64,000 nucleotides of DNA from an uncultured Planctomycetota bacterium (GCA_963823665.1 CAWGMQ010000004.1:1824001-1888000), one strand, 5' to 3'; positions 1-10,440 are shown, numbered from the stretch's first letter. Numbers and translations are program-made. The notes: a model not told the origin generated them from the sequence alone.

Positions 1-2
1 TT

Positions 3-548
3 CGGCCGGTATCCGAGCTGGTGTCCGCGCAAGGGGTATTTGGGGGCGGATGCCAGGTTGAGGCCGCCGGGCAGACCGGCGCGGCGGCGGCCGAGCCGAA
101 GCTCCCGGAGGAGCCGGCCCACGCCGAAGAGAACCCCGCGCTCGTCATTGCCGATCACCGCCAAGACCGGCGGTCCCTTGGCGGCGGCTGATGTTTGAAT
201 GCGGTATCCTTCCTTCTCGTTCCCGGTGGTCAAGCCCGGAAGCTGTTCCTTCAATTCGCGCGGGAATGTGTCGAAGAGCCGGGCCGGGCCGATGGCGATC
301 ACCGGCACGTCAGCTTTGGGCCAACGGAGTGAAACATTCCACTCGAGCCCCGAGCGATTGCGCACCTCCTCGACCAGGAGCCGCGTCGCCTTGTTCTCGG
401 GGCCGGAGAGTCCGTCGGGCACCACGATGACGGCTTTGCTCAAGTCGATCGGCTCGCCAGGCGCTTCACGGCCACGAACGAGCGAGGAGGCGAGGACCAA
501 GGGCAAAAAAATAATCCAGCCTCTGGAGAATGATCGAGGTCTGATCAT
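3..548 (-). CDS. Secreted protein, partial (runs off the window); N-terminal domain like GH20/GH67-type glycosidases
   Basis: Manual translation from ATG 548: MIRPRSFSRGWIIFLPLVLASSLVRG (signal-like) ... EGYRIQT ... VIGNDERGVLFGVGRLLR ... PKYPLRGHQLGYRP; open to the window edge. Confidence 0.6.
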   Translation of the reverse strand, partial: MIRPRSFSRGWIIFLPLVLASSLVRGREAPGEPIDLSKAVIVVPDGLSGPENKATRLLVEEVRNRSGLEWNVSLRWPKADVPVIAIGPARLFDTFPRELKEQLPGLTTGNEKEGYRIQTSAAAKGPPVLAVIGNDERGVLFGVGRLLRELRLGRRRAGLPGGLNLASAPKYPLRGHQLGYRP

Positions 549-678
549 CAACCGGTCCTTATACGCGGGCGGTCAGTCGGTCAGCCGAATTCACGACCAA
601 CCAAGAATGTCACCCGCCGGGCCGGTCAAATCAAGCGCGATGCGGGCGCGTGCTCACGCGCCCGTGGGTTCCTCGCTA

Positions 679-820
679 CTTTCGCGGAGCGAAAGGCGAC
701 ATTGGGTATCGCCAGCGGGGCGGCGAACGGGAAATCCCTTCGCGGAGCGAAGGGCGACAATGGGGTGAGTAATGACGCTCACGGAGGTCCGGGGCTACTT
801 TCGCGGAGCGAAAGGCCACA
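679..820 (+). repeat. Three REP-like palindromic units C(T/C)TTCGCGGAGCGAA(A/G)GGC(G/C)ACA at ~60-bp spacing
   Basis: Copies at ~679, 737 and 798; the same family occurs at ~11451, ~19995, ~60406 and ~60457 (the last three on the minus strand). Confidence 0.85.
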
Positions 821-1108
821 ATCGGGCAAGCGCCCGGCCTCACGTGGGTCCGGCACTCGTGCCGGACTTGCCGGCGTCACGGCGCCTTCGGTGCCTCGAC
901 TTCGGGTGCGGGCGTGACCGTGAATGACCCGCGGATCTCGATCGGTCTGGACCCGGTTCCGATTGTGAACTGGAAGGAAACTGTTTTGCCGCCCGCGCTG
1001 GCGTTCGGCTTTTTTGCCTCCTGGGGTGTTGCTGCCGTGGGGGTAGGCGGCAAAGGAGGTAGGTCAATGGCCGGGCCGAGGGCCACCGGCGGGGGGACGA
1101 GCTGCGGT

Positions 1109-3103
1109 TCAACCGACGTGCGCCTCACACCGCCGTCCTGCGTCTTCCTGGTGCGCGCGGCTCATGTCGAGCTGGGTTAGAGCCCGCAGATCGGAAACGT
1201 CTGGGCTTGTGAGCACCCTTGGCCCCTCCGCAACTTCAATGTGCTCATAGTCGAGGAGCGTTCCCTTGGCTTCCTCGAGCGCCACGATCGAAATGTTATA
1301 AGTCGACTTGTACTGGGCTTCGTAAGAAACCACGGTGGCCCATTGGCTGACGGCATCGAGGAATCGGTCGATGGTGATCCGGCCTTCCTCGTAATAAGCC
1401 CGCTGTGCGTCGAGTCGTTGTGCAGCGGCCGCCCGATTGCGGTGGGCTGTCTGGAACTGCTTAAAGTTGGAGTCAATCTCCAGGAAGAATCGAGCGAGTG
1501 AGTGGGTGGTCTGGTGGGTGAGCTGCTTCAGATATGCGTTCTGCCGTTCGACTCGGGCCGGATCCGGTCCCGACCCATCGGACTCCGCCCGCTTCATCGA
1601 CGATCTTTGCCGGACGATATCCGGCTGCTTCTCCAGCATGACCGCCAGAGATGTGTTCCAGTCGGGTTCCAGCCGAGCCTCGATGGGAGTTGTCACCGGA
1701 ATGATCTGCCGGTTGTCCGCCGGCGGCAGGCCCAGTATGTTGCGAAGCTGCCGTTCCGTCGTGATCACGTCCGACGTCTTCGTCACCAGGTCGAGATTGA
1801 ATTGTTCGAGCCTCTGCTCAGCCTCGGAAATGTTCGCCGCGTTTGATCTGCCGGCATTCATTTCTGCCCGCTCGCGCGTGAGAATCGCTTTCCCTAGCTC
1901 GACGGCCCGATCCGCTGCCCAGAGTTGCACATGAGCCTGAGAGAGGTTCCAGTAACACTGTTCGACCGAGCGAAGATGGGCCATGAGCTCGGACTTGAAC
2001 CGCTCGGGATCAGTGCCGCCCTGGAGCGGCGCGATCTTGTTCGTTTTTTCGGTTCGGGCGATGACGCGAACGATCTCGGAGTTATCCAGGCCGATGTTGA
2101 GCGCTTCGTGCAGAGTGAGTGACCATCGTTCTTGTGCGTCGTTTAACCCGTGGGGGGTCGTCCGGTGTTGCTCGACGAGGGCGCTTCGAGGCCCCTCGCT
2201 CGACGCCTGGTCGCCTGTCTTCTTCGAATCATCCGCCACACTCCAGGCCACCGCCCCGGCACCCGCCGTGAGAAACACCACCGCGAAGAACGCGGCCGCA
2301 GTCATCCTTAACTTGCCGATGATCATGGTCCTGAGCACTCCTTTGATCAGAATCCGCACCGACGCCGAGACCTCCCCGGCCGTCATCCATTCAGACAGAG
2401 CCCGTGTCGCGTCGCGAACAATTCCCTCGGGCACCGCGGCGTGAGCGCCACCAGAAGCGATCGTCGCCGCCAGCGCGGCCGATGGCGCCAGGCCGAGCCG
2501 GATCAGCCGTTCTCGCAGCCGCTGGCGGCCGCGAAACCGCCAGCTCTTCACCGTTCCCACCGGGCAGCCCATCCGCCGCGCAGCTTCTTCGCAAGAGCAG
2601 GCTTCGAGGTCGCAGAGCACGATCGGAATGCGATAGCAGTTGGGTAGCCGGTTGATCTCCTCGTGGAGCACACGCTCCAGCTCGGAGCCGGCTCGGTCTT
2701 CGTGCATCACCATGTTCGCCGCGTTTTGCGCCGCGCGATCTTCGTGCCTCCGTCGGCGGGCGGCATTCGCCCGTGCGCAGGCCGCGGTGCGGAATGCCAC
2801 CTGATGCAGCCACGGGCCCAGTGAATCCCGGACCCACAGGCCGCGGGCCTTCTTGACCAGGATCAGGAACGTGGCTTGAAACGCATCCTGCGTGTCGTGC
2901 GGGTTTGCGAGCTGGGCACTGCACACGCGCAGCACCATTGCCCCGTGCCGCTCGACCAGCGCCTCGAAAGCCAGCTCGGCGGCCTCGCCCTCATCGGTCG
3001 AGAATCGCTCGAGCAATTGCCCATCCGTCAGCTCCCGGATCGCTCCGACGTTGAAGAGCGTGCTCAATTGACGTCGGACGGCTCCATGCCTGTTGGTCTT
3101 CAC
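1109..3103 (-). CDS. ECF sigma-70 factor with TM helix and C-terminal TolC/OEP-like helical domain; 3' end probably frameshifted, extending to ~840-877
   Basis: GTG 3103 with GGAGG upstream; sigma2 (FEALVERHGAMVLRVC..DAFQATFLIL), sigma4 (RLPNCYRIPIVLCDLE..GCPVGTVKSW), TM (AAAFFAVVFLTAGAGAVAW), OEP-like helices (SVEQCYWNL, ERQLRNILGL, YYEEGRITIDRFLDA). Confidence 0.85.
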   Translation of the reverse strand: MKTNRHGAVRRQLSTLFNVGAIRELTDGQLLERFSTDEGEAAELAFEALVERHGAMVLRVCSAQLANPHDTQDAFQATFLILVKKARGLWVRDSLGPWLHQVAFRTAACARANAARRRRHEDRAAQNAANMVMHEDRAGSELERVLHEEINRLPNCYRIPIVLCDLEACSCEEAARRMGCPVGTVKSWRFRGRQRLRERLIRLGLAPSAALAATIASGGAHAAVPEGIVRDATRALSEWMTAGEVSASVRILIKGVLRTMIIGKLRMTAAAFFAVVFLTAGAGAVAWSVADDSKKTGDQASSEGPRSALVEQHRTTPHGLNDAQERWSLTLHEALNIGLDNSEIVRVIARTEKTNKIAPLQGGTDPERFKSELMAHLRSVEQCYWNLSQAHVQLWAADRAVELGKAILTRERAEMNAGRSNAANISEAEQRLEQFNLDLVTKTSDVITTERQLRNILGLPPADNRQIIPVTTPIEARLEPDWNTSLAVMLEKQPDIVRQRSSMKRAESDGSGPDPARVERQNAYLKQLTHQTTHSLARFFLEIDSNFKQFQTAHRNRAAAAQRLDAQRAYYEEGRITIDRFLDAVSQWATVVSYEAQYKSTYNISIVALEEAKGTLLDYEHIEVAEGPRVLTSPDVSDLRALTQLDMSRAHQEDAGRRCEAHVG

Positions 3104-3354
3104 CGCTTCAGATCCTCCGCGGCTCGTGATCCTTCGACTTCCTGTGAGTAATGTGACGAAGAGCCGCGCTGGTTGCAACGATCTGGAAAAAGATTGGGAG
3201 GTTCTCATCGTGCGAGCGGGCTTATCGCCGGCCGCCTGAGAGATTAAGATACGGGCTCTGGAATAAAGGACGGACTTGGGGTATCGCGAGTCGTGCGCAC
3301 GAGACACCACCTCGGCGCCCCACCAGAAGTCCAGAATCGCCCGGGGTCATTCCC

Positions 3355-3536
3355 ATGAGCATTCTCGAAGTCGACCGGCCGGAAGCGAAGGTGCTCGTTC
3401 TCGGCCCTGGACTGGCCGGCACGCTCATGACTCCCGCAGTACGTACACAACGCCGCATCTTCCCGGTTTTGAGTTGTCGGTTGGCCGCTTGTTCGAAGTC
3501 GCCGACCGCTGGCGCCAGAGTAAGGAACAACCGTGA
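3355..3536 (+). pseudogene. Internally deleted Uma2-family endonuclease relic
   Basis: N-terminus MSILEVDRPEAKVLVLGPGLAGTLMTP joined out of frame at ~3438 to a Uma2-like C-terminus YTTPHLPGFELSVGRLFEVADRW; catalytic core absent. Confidence 0.55.
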
Positions 3537-3564
3537 CAGCTTGTGACGGTGGCCGCCGGAATGC

Positions 3565-3598
3565 ACCCCCCCTAACCCCCCCTTCTAAAGGGGGGGAA
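3565..3598. repeat. C-run/G-run hairpin REP-like element (CCCCCTAACCCCCCCTT..AAGGGGGG)
   Basis: Related copies at ~31777-31806, 57187-57217 and 57277-57311; a CCCTCACCCC..CTCTCCC..GGGAGAGGG variant at ~11040, 37166 and 37231. Confidence 0.7.
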
Positions 3599-3803
3599 GC
3601 TTCGCGCAGAGTACGCGGCGGGGCATTACCGCTTCATGGCGCGCGAGTTTTCAATAGCCGAGAGCCCCCTCCAACAGAAGGACTGCGACATGCCCCTTTG
3701 CGTAGGAACCGGCTCCGTCCGGCGATCCGAGATGCGGCAGCACCAACGATCCGGGGACGGAGCCCCCTCCAACAGGAACAACTTCGGCGTGCCCATATGT
3801 CTC

Positions 3804-4625
3804 ATGCCGGCCCTGCTTTTTTGGACGTTCGCAATTTGCTTCGCGTTTATCGAGTCACCAGCCGCGCGGCGCAAGAATCAAAACTGAAGAAGCGAGTCGA
3901 CCTGCTCGTGATGGATGCCGACATCGCCACAAAGGCAGCAGTCTGCCGCTGGACGACCGAGCCGCCCGTGCTCGACGGGAAACTCGACGATCCTTGCTGG
4001 CAGCATGCCGCGGTGATTGACAAATTCGCCAGCTTCTGGATGGAGCCGCCCAAATCCAGGCCCGGCACGAAGGCCTATCTCATCTGGGACGACGATGCTC
4101 TTTACTACGCCGGATCGATGACCGACGCCGAATTGCGGTCCTTCGGCACCAAGCGAAATGACCACCTCTGGAATGGCGACGTCTTCGAGCTGTTCTTGAA
4201 GCCGAGGCTCGGAGCGGCCCGAGTATTACGAATTCCAGGCCAACCCTCGCGGCGTGATTTTTGAGGCACCCTTTCCCAAACGCGGGCATGACTTCGGGGG
4301 CTCCTTCGCGAATGCGCCGGTCCTGGGCAGCAAGGCCGCGGTTTCGCTGGTCGGAACGCTCGACCAGCCCGGCGATCGGGATGAGCGCTGGAGCGTCGAG
4401 GGGCGCATTCCCTGGACGGCGTTTGCACCCACCGGAGGCAAGCCCAAACCGGGCGATGAGCGGCGCTTCGCGATCTGCCGGTATGACTACGGCAAGGAGG
4501 GGACCGCGCCCATCACCATGAGCTCGGCCCCGCTTACCAAGTCGAGCTTCCACCGCTATGAAGATTACGGCAAGCTGCGATTTGAGGGTCCAGGATCCGC
4601 GGGGCGGCCCAAGCGAGAGCGGTGA
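3804..4625 (+). CDS. Secreted carbohydrate-binding family 9-like (CBM9/DOMON-like) protein, two frameshifts (~3870, ~4210)
   Basis: Signal-like MPALLFWTFAICFAF; PPVLDGKLDDPCW, WDDDALY, LWNGDVFELFL, YYEFQANP, WSVEGRIPW, FAICRYDY motifs joined across frames. Confidence 0.75.
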
Positions 4626-4634
4626 CACCTTTTA

Positions 4635-4772
4635 TCAATCGGCGTCGAACACCGCGGCGACCGGGATCGAAAAGCCGGGCAGCACCACCGACGCCGCCAA
4701 TTCCCCGCGGCGATAGATGCCTGCTTCTTCGTAGGCATCGCCGCGCAAACGCAGAACGCTGATCGTTTCCCT
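4635..4772 (-). pseudogene. Uma2-family endonuclease C-terminal fragment
   Basis: Manual translation RETISVLRLRGDAYEEAGIYRRGELAASVVLPGFSIPVAAVFDAD*; no 5' part upstream. Confidence 0.55.
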
Positions 4773-4903
4773 GCGTCGCTGGCGGCAGGAATGGTCCGAG
4801 CGGCGGCAACGAAATCCGGTCCACGGTCTTTCAATACCGTCAGGCGCGATGGTTCCGGCCGGCTACGTTGTGATGCAGCACGCCGTGCGCCTTGACCGGC
4901 CAG

Positions 4904-5262
4904 TCAAGGCCTATGATCGCTGGATGGCCCGCATTCCGGCCGTCTACAGAGCCAACGACCCTGGGCGTCGGCGCCAGCTATGGCGGCGTCAATCCGGCCG
5001 GCGAGCCGTTCGGCATCCGGGACGTAAGTGCAGACGACGATCCCCACGTGGGGCATTCCCGCGTTGTGAAGGCGGATAAAGTCACGGCGGTCCTGAGTAA
5101 GAAGGATGCGGTCCGCCGCTGTCGCATCAGCCAGCACAACGTCGTCAGCGATACCTTGGCCTGCGCCCCGGCATCTTGGGCTGTCAGGACGTCGTGGCCC
5201 AACCGGCGCAGGACCGCGGTGACCGGGTATCGGAAGTTTTCGTCGGCGTAGAAACGGGCCAA
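4904..5262 (-). CDS. DUF5615 PIN-like toxin (VapC45-like), frameshift ~5165
   Basis: ARFYADENF..LRRLGHDVLTAQDAG joined to DDVVLADA..DRILLTQDRRDF..HVGIVV. Confidence 0.8.
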
Positions 5263-5265
5263 GGT

Positions 5266-5745
5266 TCAGGCGACCTCGTTCTCGTGAATCTCCGCCAAGA
5301 TCTCGTCCGCGGTGGGACTTGGCGTAGGACCAAGCATTGACAAGGTCCTGAGCTCGCAGGGAGGGGTAGTCGAGCAGGAGTTGAGCTTCAGTCACACCGA
5401 GGTCACGTGCCTCGACGAGCTGCCAGACTGGATCCGGGTGCCGGCGATCTTAGCCGACCCGCCGCAGACACCCGTGACCTTTTCGATCCCGGATCCCTCG
5501 CACGCTGTGCCGGTCGATCTCGCAGACGATCGCTGGACGGCGGCGAGGCCGCGGGCCGCGTACTGTGCCTCAAGCGATTTAACGTCAGCTTTCGGAATTC
5601 CGACAATCTGGGAAACGAATGACGGCGAGTGGCCCGCGGCCAAGAGCAGCAGGGCTTGGGCGCGCTGGCGGCGAGTCGTTCGGGGCTTCCGAGTCACGAA
5701 GCGTTCGAGAAACTGGCGGTCGGCCTGGCTCAATTCAATCGGCAT
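5266..5745 (-). CDS. DUF433 antitoxin with extra N-terminal HTH domain, frameshifted
   Basis: IEKVTGVCGGSAKIAGTRI joined to LLLDYPSLRAQDLVNAWSY; immediately upstream of the DUF5615 gene. Confidence 0.8.
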
Positions 5746-5835
5746 CGTATCAGGACCCCTAACAGGAATTATCGGGCCTCGCGCGTGAACCGGTCAATCC
5801 CGTCCGGCATGCGGGGGCGGCACGATGTCCCCCCG

Positions 5836-5950
5836 ATCGCTATCGTGAATGCCTTGGGCGGCGAGTTGGAAGTCTCAGGAAGGTTCCCTGCCGGGACCGT
5901 GAAGATCGAGCCGTTCAATGAAGCGGGCGGCGGCAAAGCGGTCTCGCCGT
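5836..5950 (+). pseudogene. C-terminal fragment of an XRE/HigA-like regulator
   Basis: IVNALGGELEVSGRFPAGTVKI resembles the typical XRE antitoxin C-terminus; HTH part missing. Confidence 0.4.
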
Positions 5951-6179
5951 GGATTCGGCGTGGGTTCGGAAATGATCAGGTAGGGGCGCGTACGATTCCG
6001 GCTGTTGGCCCGGCGTTGCTTTGGCGGACGGGATTGGTTGCTCGCAGGGCTTCAATGCAAGGTTTGGCGTTCGAGATGATGCTCCTTTGCGGAGCTTTTT
6101 GGCGCGAGGACACCGTCCCGATTGTAGTCGTGAACTACGTATGGTTTCGCCGGAGCCCCCACCAATGGATCACCTGTTT

Positions 6180-6233
6180 TACCAATACCGGACCTGACCC
6201 CGTTTCTACCAATACCGGACCTGACCCCGTTTC
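6180..6233 (+). repeat. Perfect tandem duplication of 27 bp TACCAATACCGGACCTGACCCCGTTTC
   Basis: Two exact copies, 6180-6206 and 6207-6233. Confidence 0.9.
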
Positions 6234-6235
6234 TC

Positions 6236-7021
6236 TCAGATGGCGATGGTGGTCTTTTGGGGCAAGAAATTGTGTAGTGACGGTCCAGCCTCGCTCGCCT
6301 TCTTGTGAACCAGCTCGCTGGCCATCATCGCACGAACGAGGACGGACGGCTTGATGGCATCGCCTTCGGGAAGGCGCCCGAAACCGAGCTGGGTCCGGAT
6401 CACTTGGACGAACGTCTTCATCAGCCCTTGGTGCTGGAGGACGTCGGTCAGGCGGGCGGGGTCGGTCGTAGCACGGCCGACCTGGGTGAGAGGGCGCCTG
6501 CCTCGTCGAACGCCAGTGCCAGGAGGGCCGAGCCGAGCGCGTCCAGGTCGAGCAACCACGTGCCGCTTGGGAACACGCGGTCCCACTGTTCAACAAGGCG
6601 GTGGGCGGTCGGGCCGGTGAGCAAAGCGGCGACTTGCGGCCTTGGAAGGTTGTGTTTGTCGGCGAGGATGTCGACGAGCGACTTTTGTACCTTGCGCCCG
6701 ATGAGCTCGAGGTCTTCATACCAGGATGGCTCACGGCGCTCGCCGGACTGATATACGATCCACTTCCTGTCGTTGGACCAGAGGAGCCCGTCGGCCTCGA
6801 GCTGGTACTTGATCTCGACCCGAACGGCCAGGGCGTTTGTCGCCCCGGGATGCGGGGTAAGCGTCCAGCCATGCGCGCTCGCTGCGGGCTCTCAGCGGGT
6901 GCTCGAGTGCGCCGTCCTTGTCGTACCAGATGACCAGACCCTTGTCGTCCAGCAGCGGCCGGAGCAGGTCGACCAGGTACGTCACGAGATCGTTCGAGCA
7001 ATCGACGGTTGGCTGGGTCAT
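6236..7021 (-). pseudogene. pglZ: Truncated BREX PglZ-like gene (N-terminal ~260 codons only, frameshifted)
   Basis: LLDDKGLVIWYDKDG resembles the PglZ N-terminal 'VFWYD' motif; follows the pglX relic in BREX gene order; phosphatase domain absent. Confidence 0.5.
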
Positions 7022-7233
7022 CGTAAACCGATGTTACACGGGAAGCCGAAAGTTCGCACCAGGGTTGGACTTATCGAGTTGCCTTAAAGCCGGCCATATC
7101 GGCAACGCGGGATTCGGGAGTATCGAGCCGCGGGCCGACCTCCTTGCTTTTCAGGAACCAGGAGATACATTTTAAATGGCGTTATTGGCGAAAACTTGCA
7201 AAAAGTCGCCTCATTTTGTTCTGAGCCATAAAC

Positions 7234-8559
7234 ATGCTCGTCGAATTCCGCCTCCGCAACTTCTGCTCGTACGCCGCTGAGAAGAAATTCAGCATGGTGG
7301 CGGCGAGCGGGAAGGAGCTTCCGGGCAACACGATGACGGTCGAAGGGTTTGAGCGCCATCCGTTACTGCGGAGCGCCGCGATTTACGGTGCCAATGCGTC
7401 CGGAAAAAGCAACTTGGTCCAGGCCTTCAGTTTCTTTCAAGACTTTGTGCTTCATTCCCCGGAGAGCGGCTTTGACGGTGAAGAAATCCCGGCTCAGCCC
7501 TTCTTGCTTGACCTCAAGCTTCGTGAGAAGCCCAGCGAATTCGAGATCACCTTCATACTTGACGGGGTGCGTCATCAATATGGCTTCATCGTATCTCGGC
7601 AGCGGGTCTTCGAGGAGTGGCTAACGGTCTACCCCAAGGGTAAGGCGCAGGAGTGGTTTCACCGAGAGGTTGGCGCATCGACGAAGTCAAGGTGGTCGTT
7701 CAGTCGTACGCACATGCGGGGTGACAAGATGCAACTGGCGGATCGGACGAGGGAGGACGCCCTCTTTCTCTCCGTCGCCGCGCAATGGAACCACCCTCAG
7801 ATCAAGGGCATTTACGCTTGGTTCCAGAATGGGATTCGTGTATTGCCCAGGCAGATTAGCGCGATGCCCGATACCCGAATGCAACTGCTCAAGGATGCCC
7901 GGTTTTGCGATTGGACTGCCGGGATCCTCCGTGCTGCCGACATTGGCATCAGCGGCGTCACCGCGAAAAAAAGGGAGATGAGGAAGGAGGATCTGCGGTT
8001 TCCGCGCGACATGCCGGCCGAGCGGCGGGAGCTCCTCACGCGGGATTACCTCAAGAACCTCTATGTTGACGTTCGCATTCGCCGGCAGATTCCTGGCTCC
8101 GACGCTGGGGTCGAATGGGATCTCGCGCAAGAATCGGATGGGACGCAGCGAATGCTCGAGCTCCTCGGGCCAATTCGGGACGTTCTCGAAAAGGGAGCCG
8201 TTCTGATCATGGACGAATTGGACACGAGCCTTCACGCGTTCATCACGCGGGCGCTGGTTCACCTCTTCAACGACCCGGTCACAAATCCCAGGGGAGCACA
8301 GCTTGTATTCACCACCCACGATACGAGCCTTCTCGACCTGACGATCTTCCGGCGGGATCAGATCTGGTTCACGGAGAAAGACCAGTCCGGAGCCACTGAT
8401 CTGTACTCTCTTCAGGACTACAGCCCCCGGAAGGGCGAGGCGATCCAAAAGGGTTACTTGCTCGGTCGATATGGTGCCATTCCGTTCGTCGAGCCGTTCG
8501 AGTTTCACCCACCGCCATTGACACGGGGTGGGTTGGAGACAGCGCCGTCCGAGGGCTAG
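7234..8559 (+). CDS. AAA_21/AbiEii-type ATPase (RloA-like)
   Basis: Walker A GANASGKS, ESDGT signature, Walker B LIMDELD, QLVFTTHD, RRDQIWF, YLLGRYGAIP. Confidence 0.9.
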   Translation: MLVEFRLRNFCSYAAEKKFSMVAASGKELPGNTMTVEGFERHPLLRSAAIYGANASGKSNLVQAFSFFQDFVLHSPESGFDGEEIPAQPFLLDLKLREKPSEFEITFILDGVRHQYGFIVSRQRVFEEWLTVYPKGKAQEWFHREVGASTKSRWSFSRTHMRGDKMQLADRTREDALFLSVAAQWNHPQIKGIYAWFQNGIRVLPRQISAMPDTRMQLLKDARFCDWTAGILRAADIGISGVTAKKREMRKEDLRFPRDMPAERRELLTRDYLKNLYVDVRIRRQIPGSDAGVEWDLAQESDGTQRMLELLGPIRDVLEKGAVLIMDELDTSLHAFITRALVHLFNDPVTNPRGAQLVFTTHDTSLLDLTIFRRDQIWFTEKDQSGATDLYSLQDYSPRKGEAIQKGYLLGRYGAIPFVEPFEFHPPPLTRGGLETAPSEG

Positions 8560-8618
8560 CCCGCAAGAGCCCCATTGTTCTGGACTCGTTCGACAGGTCG
8601 ATATTCGAAAGCTGGCGT

Positions 8619-9350
8619 ATGGGTGGGCGAAGCCGCAAAAGAACCGAGGCTGCACTTGCGCGCGGAAAATCCAGCCGGCGGCCTCGTGAATGCATCCTGA
8701 TTGTTTGCGAGGGGGCGGAAACTGAGCCGAATTATTTCAACTCGCTCTGGCGTCACATTCGTTTGAGAACCGTTGACGTGAGAGTCGTGGGGCAAGGTGC
8801 AGAAATCCGCGGGGTAGTTGACGCCGCGATTCGGTTGAGGGAGGAACGTGACCACGAGGCAAGAGAGAGCGTTCAAACGGCACCATTCGACGAGGTCTGG
8901 TGTGTGGTGGATACGGAATGTCGGAACGACAATCCGAGTTGGGAGCCCGGAGTCGATCAAGCAAGGTCAAACGATCTGAGACTCGCCTGGTCGAATCCTT
9001 GCTTCGAGTACTGGATTTTGCTCCATTTCGATCGGGTGGGGCGGAGCTTTAATGGGTATGAGGCCATCAAGTCGCATGTAAGGAAGCACATCCCGAATTA
9101 CGACAAGACGTCGGACTACTTCGCGATACTGGCCCCGCGAATTCCCCAGGCAATCGAAAACTCAAAGAGCATCCATCGAACTCAATGGCAGCACACGCCA
9201 AGGTCGATCGACTGCAATCCCGCGACGACGGTTCACGAGCTCGTCGAACGACTGATCGAGGTCGCCGGAATGACGGTTGAGAAGTACCGAGAACGGAATC
9301 CCGTGCCCGAGCAGACGGAAGCAAGAGGCAAACGTACCAAGCGGTCGTAG
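8619..9350 (+). CDS. rloB: RloB-family protein
   Basis: LIVCEGAETEPNYF, EVWCVVD, AWSNPCFEYWILLHF, NPATTVHELVE motifs; follows the ATPase. Confidence 0.9.
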   Translation: MGGRSRKRTEAALARGKSSRRPRECILIVCEGAETEPNYFNSLWRHIRLRTVDVRVVGQGAEIRGVVDAAIRLREERDHEARESVQTAPFDEVWCVVDTECRNDNPSWEPGVDQARSNDLRLAWSNPCFEYWILLHFDRVGRSFNGYEAIKSHVRKHIPNYDKTSDYFAILAPRIPQAIENSKSIHRTQWQHTPRSIDCNPATTVHELVERLIEVAGMTVEKYRERNPVPEQTEARGKRTKRS

Positions 9351-9386
9351 GACGATCTCGGCCCGGTCGGTTTATTAGAAGCGACG

Positions 9387-10440
9387 TCACTCAATCCGAT
9401 CGGCCGCGCGAGGCAAGACGCCGGCGACCTTCAGGGGCTCGATGTTGACGCGGACGCCGTAATCGAGCATGGGGAGCCAGCCACGACCGTAGGCCGGACC
9501 GCCGGTCACCTCGGCGACCTACTGCTTGAGCCAGGGGGCGTCCGGGCCAGGGGCTGGCGTGACCGGACGCGCGCCGGTGTCGAGATCCTGGATTCGACGG
9601 CGGAATTCGATTAGCTCTCGGTACTGTAAGTCGGCGGATTGGAACGAACGTTGTGCATCAGTAATCTCGCGGCGCCTGGCGCCGCGCTGCTGAAGCCCTT
9701 CGAGGACCGTCTTCGTCGCGTTGAACTGAGCGTTTGCGGTTTCGATGACGTCGACGAGATAATGTGCGACGATGTCCTGAAGCGTATTCGCTCGGAGTCT
9801 ATGGTAATGCAGGACGCAGGAGAATGCGCCGGGGAGCGTCCCTCGTGGTCGGCAGCCGGCGCTGGTTATTTGCCAGAAAATTGGGCGTCGGCGATACGTG
9901 TTGACGTGAAACTCAAAGAAGTCCTGGGCGAGCCATTATTCGGTGGGCTTCCCGAGGAACTCGGCCGCCTCGGCCCATGTGGCTTCTACCGTCTCGGGAC
10001 CGAACCAATCAGATATTTGGCCCTCAACGAGTCGGGCCAGACTCGATCTCCGCCCTAGAGTCTGGATCGGGACGATCCCGTCGGGGTCGCGCTCTACGAC
10101 CACCTTGATCGCATAGGATAGGAGACGAGCGACTTCCTCCTTAATGAACGCAGTAGTCCCGACTTGCGCTTGAGGCGCATCGGAACAGCCAATCCTAGCT
10201 TCGGTCGCGTGTTCTTCGGCCGAAGTTTCTTCCGATACGGCCTCGCGTGGTCTGTCGTCCTGCGAACCGGATTCAGCTTCGTCCCCTGTATCGCACTCCT
10301 CATCTGCGTCGTCGTCAAGCGCGGGGAGGCACTGCCGGAAAGAGATCTCCTCAGCGAAGTGTCTGCGATCATGGGGTGCGATACCCATAAGATCATAGAC
10401 TTGCTCGTCGATACCGGCTGCGACCGATGCAATCTCTTTC
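9387..10440 (-). pseudogene. pglX: C-terminal third of BREX-1 adenine methyltransferase PglX with two in-frame stops
   Basis: One frame reads IDEQVYDLMGI..LLSYAIKVVVERDPDGIVP..*WLAQDFFEFHVNTYRRRPIFWQ..LHYHRL..*..DYGVRVNIEPLKVAGVL; TAA at 9936-9938, TAG at 9519-9521. Confidence 0.75.

Noticed and set aside
7185..7200. Sigma-54 promoter TGGCGAAAACTTGCA before the ATPase gene
   Set aside because: GG-to-GC spacing is 9 nt, not the required 10
9519..9938. Stop-codon recoding in pglX
   Set aside because: Two different stops (TAG, TAA), both used as normal terminators elsewhere, and the gene is already truncated
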